Under the pieces are notes generated by a model. It saw nothing but the letters and a program-made list of their open reading frames with translations, ran no database searches and was not told the origin of the DNA. Below, piece after piece: positions 10,317-22,670 of a stretch of DNA of 64,000 bases (position 1 is its first letter; each line of letters starts with the position of its first letter). Source of the DNA: Narcine bancroftii (lineage: Eukaryota); contig NC_091477.1 of assembly GCF_036971445.1 (NCBI RefSeq), positions 32,860,001 through 32,924,000 on the forward strand, written 5' to 3'. Position numbers and translations under genes: made by a program.

Positions 10317-12707
10317 GTACAGTACATCTGAAAAATATTCTAGTTGGCAGAGCTGATCTGGGTATCCTGATAGTAATTATTTCTAATTATTTTTGTTACA
10401 AGGCAAATTCATTGTATAAGATTAGTTGAATAACAATTGTTCTGAAAATCTAACCACATTTTCAAATGTAAACATTGAAAGCACTATTTGCTGCATTCCA
10501 ACTACTTAAATATTCACTGTATTTTCAATCACAAACATCTGGGACATTCTCACCTGCTGAATTCCTGAATTGTAGAGAAAATTTTATTCTTGTCCAGTAG
10601 TTGGTCAGTTATTTTGGCCTTCTCGTTGTCCAGTCACCCTTGCATGAAATCCATCCTAGACAAAGATTTACTTTTTTTAATAGTTGAACAGAGTCCTTGA
10701 CATTCACCTGCTAATGAACATTTATACACAATAAACTTTGAAAAATAAATTGGAAGTTTTGTGTAGAAGATTTTAACTGAACAAAATGCATTTTTTTCAA
10801 AAGTTAATTAACCGACTGTAAGTGTTTATATCCTCATAATTCAATTGTTGTGATCAAATTGAAGGGACTTGCAATATTGTCAAGGCTTCTTTTGTTGCTG
10901 TAGTTTTATTGCTCAGAAAATAATGCATTGAGGCAAATTTGCATCCTGTGTCATCCTAGATGTTTTTCAGAAAATTACTCGTTTCTCTTGCGTACCTTAT
11001 GGATTTATTTAATTACTGGAGTCATTGTTCAAAATGATTATTTTTGGTAATTTTTAACATTATTAAATCTCCTTTATAGAAAAAAAATCAGTGGTGTTTT
11101 TCTGTGATACAAATGCTCTTTGACTACGAGCATGTGGTAATAACAATAAGAATACATGAAATAAAAGCCCTTTATGACTGTGGCTGTTCTGCCCCTGGAT
11201 TCCCTTCTCTTTTATGCTAGTTACCATACTTTTCAATTCTCCCTCTTAAAAATGTATCCGCTTGCATATATCCTAAAGATGTACAGTAGCCTCAACTATC
11301 CTTCAGGGTAGAGAATTCAAAAGATTATACACCCTTGGTGAGAAAATTCCTCCATATCTCAGTTACAAAACTCGTGGAAGGTGGTTTAAAACCAAAATTC
11401 TCATACTATAGGAAGCATATCAACATCAACTTTGACATGCCCTCTTGGGATTTGGCATGTTTCAGAAAGATTACCCATGATTCTTTTGTGCACCAGCCTT
11501 TCATGAAGCACTTTGTCAAATGCCTTCTGAAAATTAACATTTTATTTACTTTGCTTGTTACAAGGTAATAGTAATTAGAAAAATCTTTCATAAAATCACT
11601 TTGGCTTGGTTTATTTATATTGTGTATCTCCAAATGACTCACTATTTTTCTTTATTGTAGATTTGAGTTTCTTCCCAACAACAAATACAAAGCTAGTAGG
11701 CCTACTGTTACCCCCTTTCTCTTCCTCTCTTCTGCAATAGAGTTAAATTTTGCAATTTTCCAATGGTACCTTCACAGAACTGAGTTTTGAAGAACCTGAT
11801 CCAATGCCTCTGCTATCTCTATAGCCACTTCCTATAAAACCTTAGGTGCAAGACATTGGGATCTGCTTTTTGTTCCCTTGTGATAATGATTGTTCTAAGT
11901 TCTCTTATTTGAAACTAGCAATCAGAAATTATGTGATGTTTTTAGAATCTTATTACTGATTCTTGTAAAATTCCCATCCTCTGGTCAACCATTAGTCTTT
12001 TCCACATTATCTACTCTAGTCATTTATTTAATATTTGTCTACTTCCTTTGACCACATATTTGTTCATCCTTTATCTGGGATCCCCCTTTCCAATTGGAAT
12101 AAATTTCTGCTGAGTGTGTAAATCAACCCAAACAATTTATTTGCAAGTAATGGGAAAATACATCTTCAAATCAGCTTGGAGTGGGCATTTGTTGTTTGAA
12201 ATTACATTTTTATAGCCCTGCTTAGAGAAAATGTTTGTGCAGAATCCTTTTTTTTTAATATAACATGAAATGGGGAAGTAGTAAAAGTTAAAATGTCTAT
12301 TGGAGAGAAGACTCGTGTCAGGTAGAAGAATTAATAAATTTTTTTAATCCATTGAGGCATGTGAAGTTGGTTAGCAGGCAAGGGGAATTAAAGTATTATC
12401 CCTTTGGGCAAGTCAAATTTTCTCATCCTAAAATTTTGTAAAATTGAACAGATTGGAAGAGGGGAAAAAATTGTCACGAAATCTAATCCTGCCCTTGGAC
12501 ACCTGAGCAGGGATGGATTGCACAAATCATGCCCAACGTTCTTTACTCTGCAGCTGTTTGATATTACTGACTAGCTTGGATCACTTCAATCAGAATAGGC
12601 CAGCAAATTATTGTTTCAATTTGAATGAACTAATGATATGCATTACAACCTCAGTATTGTTTTAAATTTGGAAATATTGAGCATGTGCTTTCTCATTTTT
12701 CACTTAG

Positions 12708-12848
12708 GCAATGGCAAGAGATGACATAAACTATTACCAGGACACGCCTGATCAGATTAAGAAAAAAATTAACTCATTCAAACGTTTATATCCAAGTGAA
12801 TATGCTGATCTAGTTGAAACTTTACAGGGAAAAATGGATGTATCTTAA
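12708..12848 (+). CDS. NOP16: NOP16 exon 5 (last coding exon; total CDS 525 nt, 174 aa)
   Basis: AMARDDINYYQDTPDQIKKKINSFKRLYPSEYADLVETLQGKMDVS-TAA. Confidence 0.95.
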   Translation, partial: AMARDDINYYQDTPDQIKKKINSFKRLYPSEYADLVETLQGKMDVS

Positions 12849-13079
12849 AACCATTTTAAACCCAATCAAATGTAATCTTTTTATGTATACCATTCAATTT
12901 TGCAAAAGAACATGACAGTAAATTAATCATTTTGTATGTATTGAGGCTATATTTGAATACCAATTATACAAATGAGTGTTCTGACCTGCTTGACATAATT
13001 AAGTTCAGATTTTTGAATTGTAATTGTCACAAAGTATCTATAGTTGTTTATTTTGATATTTCATACTGTTATCAGGCTG

Positions 13080-13085
13080 AATAAA
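13080..13085 (+). terminator. Likely NOP16 polyadenylation signal
   Basis: AATAAA about 230 nt after the stop, followed by T/GT-rich sequence. Confidence 0.6.
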
Positions 13086-13559
13086 ATGTGTTTTTAGAAT
13101 ATGGGTAATTTTTGTTTGATTAATACTGACTTTGACCTGTAACACATGTTTTATATTTCATAATGGTTTAAGATGGAGACATAAGCAAAGAGGGAGGGGA
13201 GGAAAAAAGTTCCTATTTTCAGGTTGTCTCATTAAAATCTTGACTAATTACCAGCTGATTTTACCAACAATAACCTATTAACACATATTCTGCCTAACAT
13301 AACAAGAAATCCTATGAAAGACTACAAATAGATGTTTCTCTTATTGTGTTCTCAAGTAGGAACTATTAAAGAGCCGATGATAAATGGAAAAGGAATGTTA
13401 AAATAACAGTCAAAGTTCTCAGCATGTTAAACTTGTTACCACAAACAGCACTTGGGCATCTAGCTTTTACTCAAAAGGAAGCCAGATAATCACGAGAGAC
13501 AGGGGAGGTTGGGGTTGAGGCTTGTATCAGCAGTAAACATTGGCATGGACATCAACATG

Positions 13560-13830
13560 CATCTTCCAAACTAGTTTATTGCATTTGTTGTTCACAATGT
13601 GGCCCTCTTTACGTTGGCAAAACCAAAGGCAGATTTTGTGATCTCTTCACAGAGCACCTGCATGGGTAATCCTAAACTTCTTGTTGCACATCTCTTTAAT
13701 TCTCAAACCCACTCTTATTTGGCCATCTGTCTGTCGACTCCTCCATTATCAGTGTAAAGTAGAAGAAACATTTTTGATCCAGGCACTTTTCAATCTTCTG
13801 GAATGAACACTAAATGTTACAATTTCATGT
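13560..13830 (+). mobile_element. Penelope-like GIY-YIG fragment
   Basis: Translates CICCSQCGPLYVGKTKGRFCDLFTEHL. Confidence 0.65.
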
Positions 13831-14567
13831 AAACTGTTCTGCATTATAAATGTAAACAAACAAGTATTCTCAGAATACTTGGACTGAAAAATAAACCTGA
13901 ACAATTAATTATTTGAAGTTACTGCCTTCCCCTATTGAGAAATCAGTGGTATATTAAAACATGGTCTTATTCTGAAGTCCAAATAAGTTTTGAAAATAAT
14001 TAAATTTTACTATGAACTTTATTCAAAGTTTTCAAAAGTAGATATTTCATGTCCTGGAAGATCTTAACTAAGAACTCCTGCAAGATCCCATGAGCAAAAT
14101 TAATGTTTTTTTATTTGTAAAGAATAGTCAATGAATGCAGAAGGAACAATACATATTAGGGAGGTGGCATACTTTTTCCATTGATACCAGGTTTAAGCAA
14201 GGAGTTTCAAATAAAACATAAATAAATCTGGGAAACTACAATGCATTTGAAACAATATAATTATAAACAAATGACCTTCAGGAAAATGCATCACCTATCT
14301 TTACTTAGACTGCCTTAACTTTGATTCCAGATTAATATGATTCCATCAAGGTAATTTATTAACCAAACTGGCCTCTTGGACCATTTTGAACAATTAGAGA
14401 TGATTATTTAATAGTGATTCCAGCAACATTCATGTTCCACAAATTAATACAAAAAAAACTTGAGAGCTGTATTCTCATAACTGTGAGGCAAAAATACATG
14501 TTGATTAAGTTATCAACCTTCCATCTATCCATCCAACCTTTATTAAATATATAGAGGGTGCAATAAC

Positions 14568-14750
14568 CTGTTCACTTGCCAACAACATAAGTGGTAGTGA
14601 TTAATCTTTTCTGAGCAGCTGCTGCAGCTCTTGTGCTGAAAGGCAAATTGTTCCTGATTTGTAGAATCCACTACATGAGCTTTATTTAAACATAGATTCC
14701 AATGTGATTGCAAGTTGTGGTAGCCACCAACAAGTTGTGGTAGCCACCAA
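14568..14750 (-). pseudogene. ARL10: Decayed ARL10-like small GTPase exon (candidate unitary pseudogene)
   Basis: Intact acceptor (CTTTTCCTCACAG) and GT donor flank VGGYHNLQSHWNLCLNKAH----VVDSTNQEQ/..AQELQQLLRKD*SLPLMLLASEQ, matching ARL10/ARL9 IGG...W...VVDS...QEL..LL...LP....ANKQ; has a 20-bp duplication, 12-bp deletion, frameshift and TAA; syntenic position and orientation of ARL10. Confidence 0.85.
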
Positions 14751-15335
14751 CTGTGAGGAAAAGATAATGCATATTATGCTTCCTATAATATTTTGTGCAT
14801 TTTTAACTTACCTGACCATAAGAACAGTTTTTATTTAAAAAAAAAATACATGCTATCATAGAAATATCCTAATTGCTTATCAAGCTGGAAGAATAGAAGG
14901 AAATGGAGAGTGGTCAAAAGACCAAATTTACAGTTGTAAAGAAAAGCTTTGACTTTTAAAGTAGAAAATAATATGGGAAGGTATAAAAGTAGAAGAATAT
15001 TAAGGTTGTATGAATTAAGTAAAAACAGAAATACCCAGCATCTGAAGAGAAACAAAACTGATGTTTTACCATGAAAATGTCAATAGTACTGGGAAGGTTT
15101 GAAAAAAAAAATTAAATTGCAGAGGCATGGGGTATAAATAGGACAAAGGGAATAAATTTGGTAGGATAAGTCCAGGGCTGTTTGGATAAATTATAGATGA
15201 AGTCATCTGGTTGATAGATCAATGAAGGTAGTTAGCAGAACACAAAGGGAGGTAAAATCAACAAAATAAATCTAATAGATAAATGCCCAGCAAGTCAGGC
15301 TAAGGGAGACAGAGAGAGAAAATGAACCAGTAGAT

Positions 15336-15464
15336 CAGTGGTTTTCAAACTTTTTATTTCCACTCACATACTACCTTAAATAATTCCTTACTAATCAGAG
15401 CACCAACGGCATAGGAATTACTTAAGGTGGTATGTGAGTGGAAGAGAAAGTTTGAAAACAACTG
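15336..15464. mobile_element. hAT (Charlie-like) hairpin MITE
   Basis: TIRs CAGTGGTTTTCAAAC...GTTTGAAAACAACTG with long internal inverted arms; TSD degraded. Confidence 0.75.
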
Positions 15465-16494
15465 ATTTAAAAGAAATGTGGAATCTTAACTACAGGGAAT
15501 ATTTGAAGTAACAAATATTTAAGGGTATGCAGGGTAAACACATAATGGAATAGGGAATAAGGGATTGTGCATATGTTTAGACAAAGAAAGATGGGTGGAG
15601 TCTCAACTGGACCATTAATATCAATAAGGTTTGGTTGGATCAAACTGGCTATGGTGTTTTAGTTTCAACTCACTATTACTAGTGAGTAGAAGAATATTAA
15701 GGTTTAATCCTCACTCTGTTGCTTGGTCTTTTGATGTGGTTTATCAATAATGGCCTGTATCTGTGTCAAGGTACAAAAAGTACAACCAAGCCACCCAGTA
15801 CAACACAGACTTTATGTGAATAATGTTAGCAGAAATGAGCACTTGTTATTGTTGGGTAAGATAAGGTCAGCTCACTAACACTGTTGCGCTAGTCAACAGC
15901 TTTTTTTGTAAACTTCGTGGGGGGAGGGTTCATTATAATGTTAAGGTCCATCTTTTGGGCAGCTCCATGGGGGAAGAACCTGCAGAAACAGTGAGAGTAA
16001 ATGATTTCAAAGAATGTGACTGAAAAAAAATTAAATGTGTTCGTGCAAGTGAAATTTGTTCAATGTAGGTACAGTGTTGCATTTTTGTGTTTTTAAACTG
16101 TATTAGTTAAATAAGTTTCAAGCAACTGGAAAATATACATATCTGGCATCAACAAATCCTCTTAGATGCCAGATATCAGGGATTTTACTGTATTTCTTGA
16201 GATATTGAGTTAATTAGTAATATAATGGTTAAAAAATGACATGTAAGAGTGATCGTGGCAGGGTCATAAATATAGTATGAATAAAAAAAAGTGTTATATG
16301 TTGGTTTAGAAAAATTGCAAAATTAGATTAAAACACAATGGTGAGTAAACATTGATGATGATTTAAGGAAACACTTTATAATTCTGAGCAAACATGAATT
16401 CTGCAAATGGATTAAAAAAAATCTTTGCGAATACCGTGCACCACACTAATTAACTGGAGAATTTAACGGTTGGATTAGATTAAAATACAATGTT

Positions 16495-16975
16495 AAATTA
16501 GAGCCATAGTTACACAGCATTCATGCCTTTGCCTACCTAAGCCAGTGCCATTTGCCTGCTCTTGGCTCATATCCATCTAAACCTTCCCTATTCACGTACC
16601 TGTCCAAATGCCTTTTAAATGTTGTAACCGTACCCGCTTTATCAATCACTTTGACAGCTTGTTCCAGATAAACATCACACTTTTTGTGGGGAAAAAGTTG
16701 CTCCACAGGTCGTCATTAAATCTTTCCCCCGCAGCTTAAACATTAGATCCTCTGGCTTTAGACTAGGAGTGTGACTATTCAGTTATGCCCTTCATAATTG
16801 TGTCAGACTTTATAAGGTCACTTCTCAGTCTCCTAGGCTCCAGGGAGAGAGAAAAAAAAACTACCAGTCAGTCCAGACCCTTCCTATAACTCAAGCCCTC
16901 CAATTGCACATTTTCCAGTTGAACGATATCCTTCCTCTGGTAAGAATTCCAAACGTGGCCTTACCCATGTCTATA
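16495..16975 (-). mobile_element. CR1-like LINE 3' fragment
   Basis: Shares layout and decayed RT C-terminal sequence with the CR1 copy at 30474-31140; boundaries approximate. Confidence 0.55.
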
Positions 16976-17389
16976 TTACTAAAAAGGGCGTCAGTCCATC
17001 AGTCTCACTCCCTCTAAGAATAACCAGGGATTTGCAAGGTAGATGGAGGTGCAGATTCTGCGTATAATGACGCTGGTTTTCATCTCTAAAAGTAACCGCT
17101 GTTTGTGCCATGTCTACCTGTGTTTGCTGTGCCACGTCTATCTCTTTGTTGGAATGTGTTTACACCAAGGACCGAAGAACGCCGTGTTGCCCAGTTTCGA
17201 ACTGTGTGATAATAATAAGCTTGAACTTGGTCTCTAGTTTGGTCACTACAAATTAAACCTTGGCGTAATGATCAGCAAAACCATCAAAGGGGCGTAGGTG
17301 GCAATGTGCGAGAAGCTCATGCTGATAGGATGGTGGGAGCCAATCCCATCCCTTCCAGTTTGGGCTCCCACTGCACTCTGCTGTAAACA

Positions 17390-17880
17390 GGGGCAGCGCG
17401 CATGCGCGAAGCCCACCGCCTTACGGCGTTGACGTCACTGTTCGGGCGATGGGTCGTGGGAACGTGCTGAAGGAACTCAGGTCACCGTTTCGGCCCTGAC
17501 CCTGGATGGTGGGGACAGTTACCCCGTTGTCTTTCCATTATCTGCTCTTGCATTTGCCCTCAGGAAAGACCAGCGAAGAGCTATTTAAAATCCATGAATC
17601 ATACTCCGTCCGATTCGACGCTAAATGGCGTGCTCGCGATGTCCTCTGTTCCCATGGTAACAGGGAGGCGAGGATCAAAACCCTTTGCTGATTGGATAAT
17701 GAGTGACGTAGCGTGCACACACGTCATAGATTAAGGGAGGGGGGAGACCGGCCGACCCGTTAGTTTCCGAGCTGTTCTGGATCAGGGCTTGTTCCGTGAT
17801 TGTTGCTCAAGCCTCACCTGCGGCGTCGCCCAGCCTCCAGGACCACTCCAGAGAGAGCGCCTTGGCCATTTTATGCCGGC
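17390..17880. promoter_or_regulatory. CpG-island promoter of KIAA1191 (ancestrally shared with ARL10, by synteny)
   Basis: NRF1 palindrome GCGCATGCGC 17398-17407; full CRE TGACGTCA 17430-17437; RFX X-box GTTCCCATGGTAAC 17648-17661; ATTGG 17691-17695; TGACGT 17704; YY1-like GCCATTTT 17865-17872. Confidence 0.8.
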
Positions 17881-18085
17881 CGCTGTCCGTTACCTCTCGG
17901 TGAAGACGTGCGGCGCCGCAGTGAGCGTGATGGCGGACTCCTGCGGGCCCTGAAGCCGGGCGAGTCTGTTGCGGGCCAGCGACAATGATTCAGTGCCGAC
18001 GGCTCCTCGCTCGGACCAAGCTGCTACGCACTACACGGCTGCCCTAGGAGCCGTCCTTCGGCCGCTCAGCCGGGTCATAACGGCT
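17750..18085 (+). other. KIAA1191: Probable non-coding first exon of KIAA1191 (start approximate)
   Basis: GC-rich segment ending at donor GTAAGT (18086); acceptors at 18387-88 and 18410-11 precede the ATG exon. Confidence 0.55.
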
Positions 18086-18428
18086 GTAAGTGCATCTCCG
18101 TTTAGTCTGTTATCCCGGTTAAGAGAGGGGCTGAGGGGCGCAGTGCCATCCCTCCCCCAACCTCATTCCTCCCCCACCCCACCTCATCCCCCCCACCCCA
18201 TCATCCCCCCCACCCCATCATCCCCCCCACCCCCGCTTCATGTACATCTGCCCATGCCGGGGTCTGGTGCAATACATCACCGTGCCCGAGTTTCTCCATC
18301 ACCTTTGTGTGCTACAGGAAGGTTCGGGTATGTTTATTTCCAATCGGAGATGGAAGAGTTTTAGTGGGGTTTTTTTCTCTCTCAACAGGTGAAATCTGGC
18401 TTTTTCTTCAGGTGGCTCGGACTGTATC

Positions 18429-18456
18429 ATGGCTTCAGATGAACACAGCGTGCCTG
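18429..18456 (+). CDS. KIAA1191: KIAA1191 (p33MONOX) coding exon 1
   Basis: ATCATGG Kozak context; MASDEHSVP-; GTAATT donor; phase 1 joins the next exon. Confidence 0.85.
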
Positions 18457-18744
18457 GTAATTTAGGATCGCTTTTATTCGTGACTTTTAAAGACAAACGA
18501 AATTCTTCCTGTTATGGATTTGCCACCGTGGATTATTTGCGGTTTGAAGCTTGTTTTTGCTTCTATAATGCAATATGCTTTCCAGTATTTAATGTGGTAG
18601 TGTTAGGTGATGCTAGTGTTGGTCAATTGTAAGAAATGCAACCTTGTACAGCCTTTACGAATCGATAATGTATGTAATCCGGGATCATTGCCATTGCAAC
18701 TGGTACGTAAATAAAATTAAATATTACTTTCCTGTGCATTGCAG

Positions 18745-18932
18745 CAATCGAGCATTCCTCGGGCATACTAGAAAAGATGACCTTGCCGATCGGGGTGCAC
18801 CGTCGAGCATTCAGTTACGATGATGCTTTGAACGATTTTTCGCCAATGACCCCTCCACCCTCTGATATGGGGAGCGATATTTTGTGGCAGCAACCCGTTA
18901 TCCCAGAGCGGAAATACCAGCAATTGTCTATG
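18745..18932 (+). CDS. KIAA1191: KIAA1191 coding exon 2
   Basis: IEHSSGILEKMTLPIGVHRRAFSYDDALNDFSPMTPPPSDMGSDILWQQPVIPERKYQQLSM; matches recalled LPIGIYRRAVSYDD..MTPPPSDMGS. Confidence 0.95.
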
Positions 18933-19369
18933 GTATATTTTGTTTGCAATTTGTGTTTCAAATTCCTTGTATCTAATTCTTTAAAGTAATACTTTGCAAG
19001 TAATTGCTTGACTTGGGAATTATGAAAATTATATTTTATAAATGGTTTAATTGCTTTCGTTTTTTTATTTTTAATTTGATATCAGGCATGAATTTATGTT
19101 GGCTTCGTTATTGACTTTCTGGTGTCAGATGATGCCAATGTTGCTCAGTTTTTTGGCGTCAGGATGGGATTTTATTCTAGATTTGTAGTTCATTGCAAAG
19201 TGAACAGAGTCAATTTACGAATAACTTTATAATATCACAGCAAGAAATTGAACTTGGCAACTATGTCCAATGAAACTAGATTGATTTCTTCAAAATGTTC
19301 TCCAGTCCTATCGTACTTTTCAAACACTTGTAGTAATATAAAATGTGCTTCTGCAGCTTTTGTCTCCTG

Positions 19370-20340
19370 ATTCTTTAATTCAAGTTCAATATTATTGTCA
19401 TATGTACTAAGTGATATTGTTTGTTCAGTGAACAGTCTAGCTTGACAACACGGTTAAAGAAGTGCAGAGTTGCTGAGAGAATTCAATTGGTAAAGCACAG
19501 AGGCAATATAATTTTACCATTTTTTCATTCTGGAGTTTTATATTGTATTGATGGGAAAGAAACTGTCCTTTGGTGGTGTGTGAATTCATGCTTCTGAATT
19601 TTTGAAGAGTGTGCTGCTGGCGATGGACATGATTTTTAATATTTTCTGCTTTTCCAAGGCAATGGGAGATTTAGCTGCACTTGATTGGGAGGGGAGGTGG
19701 TTTGAATGGTGAATTGAGCTGCAGTTTTCTGTGGTCTTGGTTGGAGGCTTTCCCATGCCATGCAGTAATACACACTTTCAGTATATTTTTATTGGTTCAT
19801 CTGTAGAAGTTGATAAGGGATGCATTAAGATGTCAAATTTAAACAGATTTCTGGAGATTTACATATACAATGTGCTTTCTTGGTGATTATGTTGACATAA
19901 GTAGACCAGGAAGTCACTGCAGATGTTTATTCCTGGGAACTTTAAACCACCACTGTTGATGCACTCTGGGGAAAGTAGCTCTGCTCCTCTTCTGAGGTTG
20001 TCCTGGCACCAAGCCATGTCCCTCTATCTGCTTTCTATATTTCAGCATTGTTAATGGAGATCCTGCCTTTGATGGTGGTGTCATCTCCAAATTTATAGAT
20101 GGGAGATGTAGCATTGTTTGGCTGCATAATTATATACAGAAAGTATTGTAGGGATCTGAGTACCACAGCCTTGTAGGGAAATTGTATTAAGGATGATTGT
20201 GGAGGGGTTGCTGTCACCAATCCTCACTGATTAGACCCAATTGTAGAGAGGGTTACTGAGGCCAAATTCATGATGGTTAGGAATGAATTTATTTGGTACT
20301 GTTGAGTTGAAAATGAAGCTATAGTCAATGAATGGTAGTC
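19370..20340 (-). mobile_element. Old Rex/Babar-type LINE RT fragment
   Basis: IYKFGDDTTIKGRISINNAEI motif at about 20040-20100; boundaries approximate. Confidence 0.55.
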
Positions 20341-20578
20341 CAAATCTTTTTTTAGACTGAACTCTAAATATCTCAATTTCTTGTAAGTTGCGTAGAAAGC
20401 TGCAACAGCTTACCTTGCAGATTACTTGACTGTATTTTCAGGATTTCTATGTTTACTGAGTATGTGTGTATTCTGATTATTAGCATTGGGTGCTGGTAGG
20501 CTCTATTTTCATCACAATTTCTGGCCTACTGATTCTACAGTAAGATAAATATTTAATTTTTGTGGTGTTTCATTGCAG

Positions 20579-20702
20579 GTAGAAGATGGAGACAATGGTG
20601 TTTCATCTTCAGTAGTTGCTTCTTCATCAGGTGAAAACCTAAGCAAAGTCCATGTGGTGAAAGCCAAAGCAACTTCTGTCATTATGAAGTCACTTATGAC
20701 AC
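20579..20702 (+). CDS. KIAA1191: KIAA1191 coding exon 3
   Basis: VEDGDNGVSSSVVASSSGENLSKVHVVKAKATSVIMKSLMT; TTGCAG/GTAAGG. Confidence 0.95.
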
Positions 20703-22054
20703 GTAAGGCATTACTGCTCCTTAGAAACCGTAATTTCATTCAAACACTGTCTCAGAGTGTTACTTCAGTCACTTTGCTAGTGTGAAGTATTTGCTTCACA
20801 ATTGATCTCAAACTCCTTACTTCTAACCAAATGACTACACACCCCTGAAGAATTGATCAATGACTGTACTAGTTTGGGTCAAAGTGCCAGCCAGCCATAG
20901 ATTAAGTTTTTCATTAGCGTTATATTCTCTATTTGATTTTTATTTTGGAGATTTCACTGTTCTGTGCACACAACACTAATTATATCATTTTATTTGCCCT
21001 TGCTTTATAATTTTACATCTGTTTTGAGTTCTGCAGTGATCTCACTTTTTGACACCCTGACCCACTTTCTCCCTACCATTTATTTCACTGTTGATTTTAA
21101 TTGTCTTTTATATTTTTTTTAACCATTGATTTACTTATTTTCTCAATTAACTTTTCCCATCTATTAATTTTCCTCATCCTTGTTTGGCCTTGCCCTGGGT
21201 GCTCCAGTTTCCCCCCATATTCCAAATTTGTCTATGGTTGGTAGCTTAATTGGAAGTATTTGGGCAGTATGAGCTCATTGGCCAGTAGGGGCTGTTATTG
21301 TGCTCTCTCTCTCTCTAATTTAAATTTTAAAAAAATTAGGAAAAATAAAACATTTCATCAATTACAACTTGAAAAACAAAAATATGAAAATCTGAAATAA
21401 AAACTAATACTGGGGTTATTCAGTAGGTTAGGTCACCTGCAGAGAGTTAATGTTTTTGACCAATGTTGTTTTCAGTTTTAACCTAAAAGAGGCAATCAAA
21501 AGCTTGGTCAAATGGTTAGGATTTCAGATTTAATTTGGATGAGGGTGTGTTTCAAGGTTCATTTCCAGAGTTTAGGGATTTGAAAAGGAAGAATGAGAAT
21601 TATTAGCGTCCAAGTTAATGAGTGGTAGACAAAATGGACCATGCAAATTATGCGAATTAAAACAAACAAAAATCTGGAAAGGTGCAACATTTCAGTATCT
21701 GTGGAAAGACAAAGTTAGCAAATTGGATTGAAAACCATTTGTCAAACGACTGAATAAGGCTTCAAGCTTGATATTAAATTTCCACAAGATGTTGCACATT
21801 GAGCCCGAAGTGGAAACAATATTAAGTTGGTGAAATGTTCTGGAGCCAAGATGACTGCCCTCCATAATCAAACCATCTTCCACTCAGCAAATTACAAGTT
21901 TGGTAATTGGAGACTTTTTTCCTTTGTTTCTGTTGATTTTAATTTTATCTGGTCAGTGCCTGATTTGATGTTGGGGCAACCACTTTCTCCTTGCCTCTCG
22001 TGTTCATGTTTGGATCCAGGGCTTTGAGGTCTGAAATCTTTGTTGATGTTTATT

Positions 22055-22268
22055 GGGGCGGCATGGTTACTGTAGAGCTTAGGGCAACACTGGTACAGCA
22101 AGCAGTGCCTGGGTCCGGGGTTTGAATCCAGCTCTGTAAGGAGTTTGTATGTTTTCTCCAGGTCTGTGAGAGTTTCCTCTCACCGTTCAAAAAAGTACTA
22201 GGGATGTAGGTCGATTGGGTTTCATTGGGCGGCACAGACTCTGTTACCATGCTACATGTATGTTTAAA
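22055..22268 (+). mobile_element. tRNA-derived V-SINE (HE1-like)
   Basis: GGGGCGGCATGGTTA head and GGAGTTTGTATGTTTTCTCC core shared with the copies at 31603 and 44829. Confidence 0.65.
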
Positions 22269-22545
22269 TCTTGTGGCAATGCCACAACTTAATCTTGGTT
22301 TCAGCAAGCATTATTGATCAATTGTAACACTTACAACACCTATTTTTTGAGCAATATTCAGTGAATTAGGAACTCGGCAGGAGAGGCAGCATCCATGGAA
22401 AGCAATAGTCAGGTGATGTTTTGGTCTGAAATGTTTTATCTGTTGCTTTCCAAAGATGATTCCTGACCAGTGGAGTTTCTCTAACACTTTGTGGGTTGAT
22501 CATTATTGATGATTAAATTTCTGATTTTTTTTTTTTAATTACTAG

Positions 22546-22670
22546 AACAAACACAGGAAAGCATACAAAGGTTTGAGAAACAGGCAGGTCTGACGGATGC
22601 TGGTTACCAACCACACAAGGGCCTAGTTGCAGAAGAGGCCAGTTATTACCGTGTAGGAGAGGCATTACAG
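22546..22670 (+). CDS. KIAA1191: KIAA1191 coding exon 4
   Basis: QTQESIQRFEKQAGLTDAGYQPHKGLVAEEASYYRVGEALQ; AG/GT flanks. Confidence 0.95.

Noticed and set aside
15560-15760. Possible relic of the ARL10 P-loop exon behind a minus-strand acceptor
   Set aside because: No GLDGAGKS/T motif; similarity too weak to call without an alignment
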